From Promethearchaeota archaeon (lineage in GTDB: Archaea; Asgardarchaeota; Heimdallarchaeia; Hodarchaeales; Hodarchaeaceae), in contig JBHLMN010000013.1 of assembly GCA_048938105.1 (NCBI GenBank), positions 64,001-128,000 on the forward strand: a stretch of DNA of 64,000 nt, read 5' to 3'. The stretch's first letter is position 1; every line of letters starts with the position of its first letter. Shown piece by piece: positions 10,948 through 20,260 of the stretch. The translations under genes were made by a program, and so were the position numbers. The notes under the pieces are model-generated. The model saw only the letters and a list, made by a program, of their open reading frames with translations, had not been told where the DNA came from and ran no database searches.

Positions 10948-11355
10948 TTAATCCACCTTTTTTCCGTCTCTTATGATGTCAATGACATGTTTTACCACAT
11001 CTCGGGGTTCAAAACTGTTTTCGGTTATTTTCACTCCCCTTTTATGCCGTATGATAGGAAAAACATTTGAAAAATTCTGATAAATGGGTATAATCTCTAA
11101 TCCTGAATTAAAAGCTAAATTGACTTCTTCACACATGTCTAAGATGTTTCGTGCTTCTTTTGAACAAAAAAATATACAGACATCAATCAGGTTATTTGAG
11201 AAATTTAGACACCTACAAAGGCTGTCTTTACTCCTATCAGTCTCACACAAAACAATTCTGTCAAAATCTGAATATTTTTTGATTTCTTCAATGAAATCAG
11301 AAACTCTCAAAGATTGCTTATCATGTTCATTATAACTAATAAATAGATTTAACAT
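10948..11355 (-). CDS. Stand-alone TIR-domain protein
   Basis: LFISY, CIFFCS, the helix C CEEVNLA (candidate catalytic Glu) and IIPIY. Confidence 0.7.
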   Translation of the reverse strand: MLNLFISYNEHDKQSLRVSDFIEEIKKYSDFDRIVLCETDRSKDSLCRCLNFSNNLIDVCIFFCSKEARNILDMCEEVNLAFNSGLEIIPIYQNFSNVFPIIRHKRGVKITENSFEPRDVVKHVIDIIRDGKKVD

Positions 11356-11367
11356 AATCTTTACTTC

Positions 11368-12630
11368 CTAAGATTCATCCTCTAAAGCGTCTAAGACTCT
11401 CTGTTGAGCAATTTCCTTGGCTATTATTCGTGGAATAAGGCCAGAATCGATTGTTCTTTCACTAATTAATTTAGCGTTCTTCTTGATTTTTGACTCAATT
11501 AATACAAAAGCTTCTGCTGCATCCATTTTTCTATATTCGGCAAAAGAGCCAATAATCCCTCCAGCATTGACTAGAATATCAGGGAGGATGATTACACCTT
11601 TTTCAAACAATTTTCTTTCAGCGATAGTGGTTGAACTATTATTAGCTCCTTCAACAATGAGCTTTGTTTTAAGTTGAGTAATTGTATCTTCATTTATTAC
11701 ACAATCATACGCGCAGGGAATAAATACATCACATTCTATTTCATAGATCTCGTCTCTAGGTAAGATCATACCCTCTCTCGAACGTTTTAATGAACGTTCT
11801 TTATTCATGGCATGTGCAAATTTTCTAATCTTTTTAATATCTATACCATCTGAATTATAGAGAGTTCCCCAGTTATCATTTACAGCGATTATATTCGCTC
11901 CTTTGCTATTCAAATATTTTGCCGTTCCATAACCTACCTTACCAAAACCTTGGATTACTACGCGTGTCTCCGATAAACAATTAGGGCATTGAATTGAATC
12001 ATGTAAAACTTGAAGACTTGTTTCAAGAGCCACTCCAATTCCGAATCCAGTCATATCATTCTTATAAGATATTCCTCCAAGGCTAGTTGGTTTTCCAGTG
12101 GCTCCTAGTAGATCACCAACGGTTTCTACAAAAGCTGCAATTTCTTTTTCACCAACATTTATATCTGGACCAGCTATATATTTATTAGGAATAAAAGGTG
12201 CTATTTTATCAGCAAAAGCTTTGATATACTTGATTGTATCAATTTCAAACGGATCTGCACGAATACCAGCTTGAGCTCCCCCGAACGGAATTTCTGCCAG
12301 AGCGCATTTCCAAGTCATTAATCTAGCAAGTTTAAAAATCCCTAAAGGAGTAATTGTAGGAGAAATTCTAATTCCCCCTTTCCCTGGCCCTAATGTAGTG
12401 TTATCAATTATTAAATACCCTTGCATTTGTATATCAGGGTCATAAACTTGAACCACTCTTTCAGGCCCCCACTTATCTAGAAAAGCTGAAATATTAACAT
12501 GATTTAAGGCTTCAAGAATATTTTCACTGCTTAGTACTGTTTTTTCATCCTGAGAAGACATTCTTGACATATCCATAAAATATAAGCCATCTAGATACAA
12601 GAATAATGAAAAAACAGAAATATAAAACAT
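11368..12630 (-). CDS. Glutamate dehydrogenase paralogue with catalytic Lys replaced by Gln (probable pseudoenzyme or regulatory subunit); likely start near 12576
   Basis: GKGGIR, MTWK, GFGKVG and EGAN are retained, but GGAKGG reads GGAQAG (codon CAA). Confidence 0.85.
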   Translation of the reverse strand: MFYISVFSLFLYLDGLYFMDMSRMSSQDEKTVLSSENILEALNHVNISAFLDKWGPERVVQVYDPDIQMQGYLIIDNTTLGPGKGGIRISPTITPLGIFKLARLMTWKCALAEIPFGGAQAGIRADPFEIDTIKYIKAFADKIAPFIPNKYIAGPDINVGEKEIAAFVETVGDLLGATGKPTSLGGISYKNDMTGFGIGVALETSLQVLHDSIQCPNCLSETRVVIQGFGKVGYGTAKYLNSKGANIIAVNDNWGTLYNSDGIDIKKIRKFAHAMNKERSLKRSREGMILPRDEIYEIECDVFIPCAYDCVINEDTITQLKTKLIVEGANNSSTTIAERKLFEKGVIILPDILVNAGGIIGSFAEYRKMDAAEAFVLIESKIKKNAKLISERTIDSGLIPRIIAKEIAQQRVLDALEDES

Positions 12631-12727
12631 TGATGTACAAAATTAAGAAAAAAACACTAATAACTGAGAACAAAAAAAGAAATAATGTATTAAAAACGAC
12701 ATTTTCTTTTTATTTTTGTATTCAATG

Positions 12728-12745
12728 TGTTATAATATTATAACA
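12728..12745. promoter_or_regulatory. Perfect 18-bp palindrome TGTTATAATATTATAACA, candidate operator
   Basis: Self-complementary sequence in the divergent intergenic region between the glutamate cluster and the Lrp-like regulator. Confidence 0.5.
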
Positions 12746-12876
12746 GAAAAAATACTTCTATTCGTAATTTTGACATATTTGATATTATAAAAAGAAATTT
12801 GATAACAAAATGATTACATTTATATTTATCAATTTTTACATAAGGAGTTGAAAAAATTAGGATAGTATTTTATTTC

Positions 12877-13944
12877 ATGAAAAAGATTCTTGAAGATAAT
12901 TTGAACTTAAAAATTTTAGAACTAATATGTGCAGGTGAGGGGGTCTCTGTCAATACTACTGAACTATCAAAAGTTCTAGGTAAGCATCGAAATACCATAA
13001 AAAATAATATTGCTAAGCTATTCGAACACGAAATCATAGAAAAGCCCTTTTATCCTTTCTCTTATCTTTTTAAGGAATGGCCTCTTCTTGTCATTGAAAA
13101 AGCAAATTTTCAAAGAAACTTGAAAACAAATGTTTTTATTGAAAAGGATCCAGTTATATGGGCAGCTTTTTTTGTTAAGGAAAATGAATACAACACATTT
13201 CTAATTGAATTTCATAAGGATTTATATTCTTATCAAAATTGGAAAGAAAGTATAATCAAAGAGGCAAAGATTACTCTTAAGGAGGAAACCTATCCATCTG
13301 AGGCAATTTTTTTAACAATGAGAAATTTAATTAAGTATGAGCCAACAATCGCAGTGCAAATATTAGAAACTAATTATAAAAACCATCATCATCAAGAGCT
13401 AAATGGCTTAAAGCTTAGTGATTTCAGGCTTGAACTTATTAAACTTCTTTTAACTGGGAAATGTATTAGAACTAATGAGTATCACATTAGTGATATGCTT
13501 GATGTCCATCGTCGCACTGTTAAACGTCGAATTGAAAAATTATTAGAACATAGAATAATTGATAGTCCAGTTTGTTGCTTCCCAAGAGTTTGGGTGCCAC
13601 CAAAATATTTTCTGGTCTTTTCTTTATTTGAAATAAAGAATAAAAATGAGTTGGTATTGAGAACATTAAGGAATGATCCCCATGTTCCAATTCTTTTCAG
13701 AGCTGTTGTAGATAAATTTAATCTTGCTCTCTTTAGCAATTTTTATAAAATGGAAGATTTTTTGGAATGGGCGGAAGAATATGATCAAAGATTTCCTGGA
13801 TGCATTGGAGCAGTCAGGAATACATTTCTTTCTCCCTCCATGACTTTCTCTATTGCCCATAATTATGTTACTCTCACATTTATTCAAAATATTGCTAATC
13901 GTTTACGAGGTAAGGTATTTGTTGAAATGATGAAAGAAAGCTAA
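12877..13944 (+). CDS. Tandem-duplicated Lrp/AsnC-type transcriptional regulator
   Basis: Two wHTH units (ELSKVLGKHRNTIKNNIAKL and HISDMLDVHRRTVKRRIEKL), each followed by an alpha/beta RAM-like domain. Confidence 0.7.
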   Translation: MKKILEDNLNLKILELICAGEGVSVNTTELSKVLGKHRNTIKNNIAKLFEHEIIEKPFYPFSYLFKEWPLLVIEKANFQRNLKTNVFIEKDPVIWAAFFVKENEYNTFLIEFHKDLYSYQNWKESIIKEAKITLKEETYPSEAIFLTMRNLIKYEPTIAVQILETNYKNHHHQELNGLKLSDFRLELIKLLLTGKCIRTNEYHISDMLDVHRRTVKRRIEKLLEHRIIDSPVCCFPRVWVPPKYFLVFSLFEIKNKNELVLRTLRNDPHVPILFRAVVDKFNLALFSNFYKMEDFLEWAEEYDQRFPGCIGAVRNTFLSPSMTFSIAHNYVTLTFIQNIANRLRGKVFVEMMKES

Positions 13945-14031
13945 TAATTTATTCTACAAAAAGCTGGCTATCTAGCTTTAATGGATTTTCATCTCCGAGT
14001 ACCAATATTTCAAGCTAGAGATTAACACCAA

Positions 14032-17000
14032 TCATTTTTGAATTGTAATTGTAATTTCTCTTATATTCTCATGAGGATCTTGAATTTTCCACTCTTTTGT
14101 AAATCCTTCTTGTGTTGTTAGAAACTCTAATTTTTGTGCCAATACTTCTTCTTTAATCAATGAAGAATACTTATTGATGATTTCCATGATTTCCAGATCA
14201 GTATTGGAAATGTATACTGTTATCTCTGCATCATATTCAAGTTCCATATCCTTTCTCATTGATTGGATTCGTCGAATCAAGTCACGTACGAACCCTTCAT
14301 GAATTAAATCCTCAGTTAATTCTAAGTTTAAGAAGAGATCACCGTGACTAAAAGATGTTCCACTAAATCCCTCTCGTTCTGTAATTCTGATTTCAAGGTC
14401 ATCTTTATGAATTTCAAAAACATTACCATCAATAGCTATCTGATAGTTTCCGTCTTGTGCTATTTTATCTGCGATTTCTTTTGCAGTTTGCCCCTTTTGG
14501 TTTCTCATCCAGTTTGCGATAGCATTAGCGCTCTTTTTGAATTTTGGGCCTAATTGTTTATAATTAGGAGAGAAAATAATTTCTTGGAATTCCAAGGGGT
14601 CATCAGTAAAGTTAATATCCTTAACATTGAGCTCTTGCAGTATTAGATCTTTTAGCGTGTTAATAGCTTCATTTCCTTCCGCATTAGTAACAAAAATTAC
14701 TTGTGGTAACGGCCAACGAGCTTTTAAACCTTTTTGAGCACGAATGGCCCGACCATTCGTAATTGCATCCCGAGTAATTTTGACTAAACTCTCAATTTTT
14801 GGATCAATCAAGGTCTCATTTGGTTCTGGTAAACTTTCTAGATGAACACTCTCTAATCCAAGCCCTTGACTAGTAACAAGGATTTGATACATTTTTTCAC
14901 TAAAAAAAGGCAGAATTGGAGCAAGAGTCTTCGTTAATGAGTGGAGGATTTCATAGAGGGTGGAGTAAGCGGATTTCTTGGATAAACTTAGTTCTTTCTC
15001 CCAAAATCGGCGACGAGACTGTCGAATCCACAAATTTGAGAGATCACTATTGAGAAAGGTTTGGAGTGTTTTGGTTACAAGATGAATTGATAAATCATCA
15101 AAACCTTGGTGAACGTCTTTAAGTACACTATTGTATCGTGAAAGAATCCACTGATCTAAAATAGGGCGATCTACTGGAGAAATATGATATTTCTTGTCTT
15201 CTGGTGAATATTGATCAAGGTTTGCATAAGTTACAAAGAATAATAATACATTCCATAAGGGCAGGATGAATTCTTTCATGCTCTCCTCTACAAGATTAAG
15301 TCCAAATCGAACATCATTCCATGTGGGAGTACTGAACAGCATCCAGCGAGCTGAATCAGCTCCAAATCTTTCAAAAACATTCTTCGGTGCAATAACATTG
15401 CCTTTTGACTTTGACATCTTCTTTCCCTCCTCATCTTGGGTATGACCCATCGTTAAACATGTTTTAAATGAAATGCTATCAAAAACAACGGTTGAAATAG
15501 CATGAAGCGAATAGAACCATCCCCGTGTTTGGTCAATAGCCTCGGTAATGAAATCAACTGGAAAGTGACTATGAAATTCTTCCTTATTCTCAAATGGGTA
15601 ATGCCATTGAGCAAAAGGAGCAGCTCCAGAATCATACCAACAATCAATGACATATTCTTCACGAGTAGATATTGCATTGCAGGAAGGACATTTGACTACA
15701 ATTTGATCGACATAAGGTTTATGGAGAGAAAAATCGTCTGGTAAACCCCCCTGAGTTAAATTGTTAAGTTCTTCTCGACTACCAATAGCAAATTCATGTC
15801 CATTCTCACAGGTCCAAATTGGGAGAGGAGTACCCCAATATCGAGAACGGGAGAGTGCCCAATCTTTAAGTTCATCAAGAAAATTCCCAAACCGTCCATT
15901 TTTTAGATGTTTGGGCATCCAACGTATTTGTTGGTTTAATTCTTGGATACGTTCCCTTAGTTGACTCATTCCGATAAACCATGACTCCATCGCATAATAT
16001 AGTAATGGAGAATCACATCTCCAACAAAAAGGATAAGTGTGTGTAATGGTTTTCTCACGTAAGAGCTTATTTTCCTGGCGTAATTTTTCCATGATGTGAG
16101 GATCTGCTTCTTTAACATGCATACCTCCGAAGTCAGGCATGTCCTTTACAAAAGTACCATCCTCTAAGACTGGATGGAACATCTCGACTCCAATCTCTTG
16201 ACAGAGTTCATAATCTTCAACACCAAAAGCAGGGGCACAATGAACAATGCCTGTACCTTCATCCATTGAAACAAAGTCTGCATCAGTTACAAAGTGAGCT
16301 TTTCCAGTTTTCTTTTCGGCCGTATATGAAAAGAGAGCTTCATATTCCATTCCAATGAGCTCTTCTCCCTTAAATTCTCGAATAATTGGTTTTCCCTCTG
16401 GAAAAACTGGATATAATAATTTTTTAGCAAAAATTAGGAATTCTTTTTCATGTTCTACCTCAATGTAGGTTTCCTCCTTGGCTATTGCTAAAACCAAGTT
16501 CGATAACAGTGTCCAAGGAGTGGTTGTCCAGGCCAAAAAATAGCGATTTTCTTCTCCCTTGACTTTGAATTTGATGTATATACTCGGGTCTTGGGTTTCT
16601 TGATATCCTTGAGCAACTTCATGAGACGAGATCGGAGTACCACATCTAGTACAGTAAGGAATAACTTTATAGCCTTTGAATAAGAGTTTTTTCTCATATA
16701 TTTGCTTTAATGACCACCATACTGATTCAATATACTCCTCTGACATGGTAATATAAGATCTTGGCATATCAAGATGAAATCCAATTCTAGTAGACATTTC
16801 TTCCCATTCATTAACATATCTTAAGACAGATTCACGACATTTTTCATTAAATTCCTCAATGCCATAGGCTTCAATGTCCTCTTTTCCCTCCAATCCTAAC
16901 TCCTTCTCTACTTCAATTTCGACAGGTAACCCATGACAATCCCAACCTCCGATTCGAGGAGTAATATGATGGCCTGTCATTGATTTATAACGCAAAAAAA

Positions 17001-17202
17001 CATCCTTTATAGCGCGGGTTAAAGCATGCCCCATGTGTGGATGCCCATTGGCTGTTGGTGGGCCTTCAACAAAAACATAAGGAGTTCTTCCTCGAGATGC
17101 TTTTTGAACCTTATTTTCGATATCATTTTTTTCCCAATAGTTAAAGATAGCCTCTTCTTGGATTGGAAGATCAGGTGTTGCAGGTAAAGTAGGAAATTTC
17201 AC
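14032..17202 (-). CDS. ileS: Isoleucyl-tRNA synthetase (archaeal/eukaryotic type)
   Basis: GPPTANG-PHMGH, GWDCHGLP, WTTTPWT, SRSRYWGTP, DQTRGWF and KMSKS. Confidence 0.97.
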   Translation of the reverse strand: MKFPTLPATPDLPIQEEAIFNYWEKNDIENKVQKASRGRTPYVFVEGPPTANGHPHMGHALTRAIKDVFLRYKSMTGHHITPRIGGWDCHGLPVEIEVEKELGLEGKEDIEAYGIEEFNEKCRESVLRYVNEWEEMSTRIGFHLDMPRSYITMSEEYIESVWWSLKQIYEKKLLFKGYKVIPYCTRCGTPISSHEVAQGYQETQDPSIYIKFKVKGEENRYFLAWTTTPWTLLSNLVLAIAKEETYIEVEHEKEFLIFAKKLLYPVFPEGKPIIREFKGEELIGMEYEALFSYTAEKKTGKAHFVTDADFVSMDEGTGIVHCAPAFGVEDYELCQEIGVEMFHPVLEDGTFVKDMPDFGGMHVKEADPHIMEKLRQENKLLREKTITHTYPFCWRCDSPLLYYAMESWFIGMSQLRERIQELNQQIRWMPKHLKNGRFGNFLDELKDWALSRSRYWGTPLPIWTCENGHEFAIGSREELNNLTQGGLPDDFSLHKPYVDQIVVKCPSCNAISTREEYVIDCWYDSGAAPFAQWHYPFENKEEFHSHFPVDFITEAIDQTRGWFYSLHAISTVVFDSISFKTCLTMGHTQDEEGKKMSKSKGNVIAPKNVFERFGADSARWMLFSTPTWNDVRFGLNLVEESMKEFILPLWNVLLFFVTYANLDQYSPEDKKYHISPVDRPILDQWILSRYNSVLKDVHQGFDDLSIHLVTKTLQTFLNSDLSNLWIRQSRRRFWEKELSLSKKSAYSTLYEILHSLTKTLAPILPFFSEKMYQILVTSQGLGLESVHLESLPEPNETLIDPKIESLVKITRDAITNGRAIRAQKGLKARWPLPQVIFVTNAEGNEAINTLKDLILQELNVKDINFTDDPLEFQEIIFSPNYKQLGPKFKKSANAIANWMRNQKGQTAKEIADKIAQDGNYQIAIDGNVFEIHKDDLEIRITEREGFSGTSFSHGDLFLNLELTEDLIHEGFVRDLIRRIQSMRKDMELEYDAEITVYISNTDLEIMEIINKYSSLIKEEVLAQKLEFLTTQEGFTKEWKIQDPHENIREITITIQK

Positions 17203-17508
17203 ACTTCATGCCTCGATACGGCGAAAGTAGGTAAATTGATTGTACATTTGCCCCTGAAAAAATGGTAAAAAAACTTTAGGTAATTATCCAAATCTTTATC
17301 ATTTGAGCTTTTCTTTGAGAATAAAATCGGTACCCTCATAATCCTAGGCTCGAATAGCAAATATTTTTCAAGTATCAAAGACCTTCCGTCTTTGAGTCAA
17401 ATTAACTTTGTCAGAAAGTCTGATTAAAGGGTTTCATCTCCTTCAGAATGAAAACGGAGATTTTACATACCTTGTTTCTAGTCTGAGTTCTCCTTTGAGC
17501 TGATTGTT

Positions 17509-17898
17509 ATGTCTGAAAGTGCCCAAAAAGCAATAAGTGTCGTTGAAAAGGTCTTCGATAGTAAATATGTGGAAATTCCCCTGTGTATTTCCATTATTAC
17601 TGGTGATGGACTCGAATTATACTCTACGGCCACATGTGATCCCGCAGAGATGGAGTCAATCAATATTTTAGGTCTCGTTGCGTTCGAGGAACTAAAATCT
17701 TCCTTTAATGCCCGGACTGAGGAAGATATAAACATCTTAATCTTTCGTACTGCTACAAAAGAATGCTATATAGCACCTGTGGCAAGAGAAATTTTCATGG
17801 TTGCTGCAGCGGTACCTGGTGCCGTTGGTGATGTGATGCCGCTGTTGGATGGTTTAAGTGCACAAGTAAGATTTGAATTGGCTAAGTTGGAGAAGTGA
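17509..17898 (+). CDS. Roadblock/LC7 (LAMTOR-like) domain protein
   Basis: 129 aa; helix, then IITGDGL beta-hairpin, helix, three strands and a C-terminal helix, as in the roadblock fold. Confidence 0.65.
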   Translation: MSESAQKAISVVEKVFDSKYVEIPLCISIITGDGLELYSTATCDPAEMESINILGLVAFEELKSSFNARTEEDINILIFRTATKECYIAPVAREIFMVAAAVPGAVGDVMPLLDGLSAQVRFELAKLEK

Positions 17899-17908
17899 GG
17901 TAATCTAA

Positions 17909-18733
17909 ATGGAAGTTGAACACCTACAATTAGTTGCAGAGCAAGCTGCTAGAATGGCTGGGTCTTGCTTACGTTTATTATCCTTTGAAAAGCTGCAGAT
18001 CTTTCGAAAGGGTAAAAATGATGTTGTTACAAACTTTGATATGGAATCTGAACGATTAATTAAGAATCACATATTGATGCACTTTCCTGATCACATAATT
18101 CAAGCTGAAGAATCAAAAGTTGACCTCCAAAGCCTCCCTGAGAACGTAATTTGGTTCATCGACCCCTTAGATGGTACAAAGGCATTCTTGAGAGGAAATT
18201 TCGCTTTTGTGAGTATGTCTATAGCAGCATGGGATAAATCAGGGGTATTAGCAGGTGTTGTATATAATCCCTTTACTGATATGCTTTATTCTGCTGTAAA
18301 AGGGGGTATCGTACGCTTAAATAAAAATCCTCTTCCTAAACCTCGTACATGCCCTATCAATAAAGCTCGTCTTCTAATTGATTTTTCAAGCCGGTTATCT
18401 GCACCACTTAAGAGAGAATTAGCAATAGCTGATTTAAGGGGTAAGATTGGGAGGACGTACCGACTTGGTGGAGGGATTTCACAACATCTGATGTTGATTG
18501 CTCAGGGTACACTTGATGGGGGATTGTTTTGGGGAGCTGGGATGAAAGGTGAGTTTTGGGACATAGCCGCAGCTGCAATTATTCTCGAAAGACTCGGTTT
18601 AAAATTCACAAATCTAGAGGGAAAACCGATTCATCCACAAGATGAAGTGTTTGATCAATTGATTGTTGCTGCACCATCATTACACGAACAATTGTTAGAA
18701 TGGGTAATTACATTAAAATCGGAGTTGCCTTGA
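17909..18733 (+). CDS. suhB: Inositol monophosphatase family protein
   Basis: DVVTNFD, AEES, WFIDPLDGT and WDIAA motifs. Confidence 0.9.
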   Translation: MEVEHLQLVAEQAARMAGSCLRLLSFEKLQIFRKGKNDVVTNFDMESERLIKNHILMHFPDHIIQAEESKVDLQSLPENVIWFIDPLDGTKAFLRGNFAFVSMSIAAWDKSGVLAGVVYNPFTDMLYSAVKGGIVRLNKNPLPKPRTCPINKARLLIDFSSRLSAPLKRELAIADLRGKIGRTYRLGGGISQHLMLIAQGTLDGGLFWGAGMKGEFWDIAAAAIILERLGLKFTNLEGKPIHPQDEVFDQLIVAAPSLHEQLLEWVITLKSELP

Positions 18734-18856
18734 CCTTATCTGCTAATTTTAGCCTATTTCTTAAGGATACTTTCTCACTCACAATGTTCTATCTCCCTCC
18801 ACGAAATTATTAATATACTTACTTTTCCCTTTAATTTATCATAAACAGGGATAAAG

Positions 18857-19582
18857 TCAGATTCTTGAGTCTTTATGGGTTTTTATATATTCAGAGCGAA
18901 GAGTTATTCGTTGAGTAACTTGTCCATTTTCAGTATAGCTATAAGGGGTAAAATTTTGTGATTCCATTAATTTTTGAAAGATAGTTCCTCTCAATTTATC
19001 ATCTAACGCAAAATGTTGTCCAAATTCAAAGAAATTCAATTGTAAAGTGCCAGCTGAGTTCACAAATTCACCATAAATCCATTGTTGGAGATAATGTTCT
19101 AAATCTCGCTTTCTACTCAGATGTGCTTTAATTATCTCTGCTTGACGATCTGAAATATCAGGGAATCTTATTTGAAGTCTTTCTATAATTTCTGATGCTG
19201 ATATAGACTTCCCAAAGTCTTCTGTTATTATTCCTGCCCTACTCTTTTCATCCTCAAATAGAGCAATTATATAATCTTCTGGTAAAGCAATACTTTCCAT
19301 ATCTATATTTATTACAAATGTTTTATGTTTAACTTTCCAGTGTTTAACTTCTCGTTGGCCCCCAATTTTCTCCATAGAGAAGTATGCCAAATCAAGTTCC
19401 TCAAGGCTTTTAAGATGATGAAGGATAGTTGGTATTTTTTTTCGCAACATGTCCGCTAGATTTGATGCCGTAAGCCCCGTAGGATTTCTATACATAAGGA
19501 GCAACATCCTCCGCCGTGTAGGGTCTGCCAATGCTTCAATAACCTGAATAACTTGTCCAGGTTTGTCATAATAAGCTTCCAC
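18857..19582 (-). CDS. ArsR-family winged-helix regulator with C-terminal extension
   Basis: ALADPTRRRML and TILHHLKSLEE motifs. Confidence 0.75.
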   Translation of the reverse strand: MEAYYDKPGQVIQVIEALADPTRRRMLLLMYRNPTGLTASNLADMLRKKIPTILHHLKSLEELDLAYFSMEKIGGQREVKHWKVKHKTFVINIDMESIALPEDYIIALFEDEKSRAGIITEDFGKSISASEIIERLQIRFPDISDRQAEIIKAHLSRKRDLEHYLQQWIYGEFVNSAGTLQLNFFEFGQHFALDDKLRGTIFQKLMESQNFTPYSYTENGQVTQRITLRSEYIKTHKDSRI

Positions 19583-19785
19583 TGAATTCGGCTCCTAAAT
19601 AATCATTCTCGCATTCCTTTAAAAATGCCGACCTAATGGCATCTGATGCTTTCAGGGGTCAGCGGGAATTATACTTAGAGAGATCATTAGGCGATATTTT
19701 CGCAAATAACATAGATTTAATTATAGTTTTGGTTATTAATCTTTCTAATGTGATCTAAAAGGAGACAACCAATGGCCACCATAAG

Positions 19786-20106
19786 TTAATCAATTTGCTT
19801 ATTTTGATTTACACTGGAAGAATTGATCCTAATTGTCTTTTTTGATTCCTGATTCAGAATAATCAAACTTAATAATAGAATTAATCCACTTGATAAGAGT
19901 AATAACCCTAAAATAAAGCCATGAGGGAATAATAGAGTTGTTTGAGGTATTGAAACCGCGAGAATACTGAGTAAAATGAAAAATCCTAAAGTGGAAGCTG
20001 ATACTGAAATAAAAATGAAAATTCCGAAGATTTCTTTTGAAATGATTACTTCAGGTCTCAGTGGATCTTCTGTCTTATCGAATGATTCCGTTTTACTGTT
20101 TGGCAT
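19786..20106 (-). CDS. Small two-TM membrane protein
   Basis: Two hydrophobic segments. Confidence 0.55.
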   Translation of the reverse strand: MPNSKTESFDKTEDPLRPEVIISKEIFGIFIFISVSASTLGFFILLSILAVSIPQTTLLFPHGFILGLLLLSSGLILLLSLIILNQESKKTIRINSSSVNQNKQID

Positions 20107-20260
20107 AAAAAATCCACACTGAGAACGTCTTTTTAATAATCGTTCAAAACAGTTTAGGAATTTTTAATCTTCAAAACTTTTTTTATGATAGCTAACGAAA
20201 ATTAAGGTTCTTATGAAGATTACAAGCTAACTCTGTCGAGGTAAAGATAAATGTGGGACT

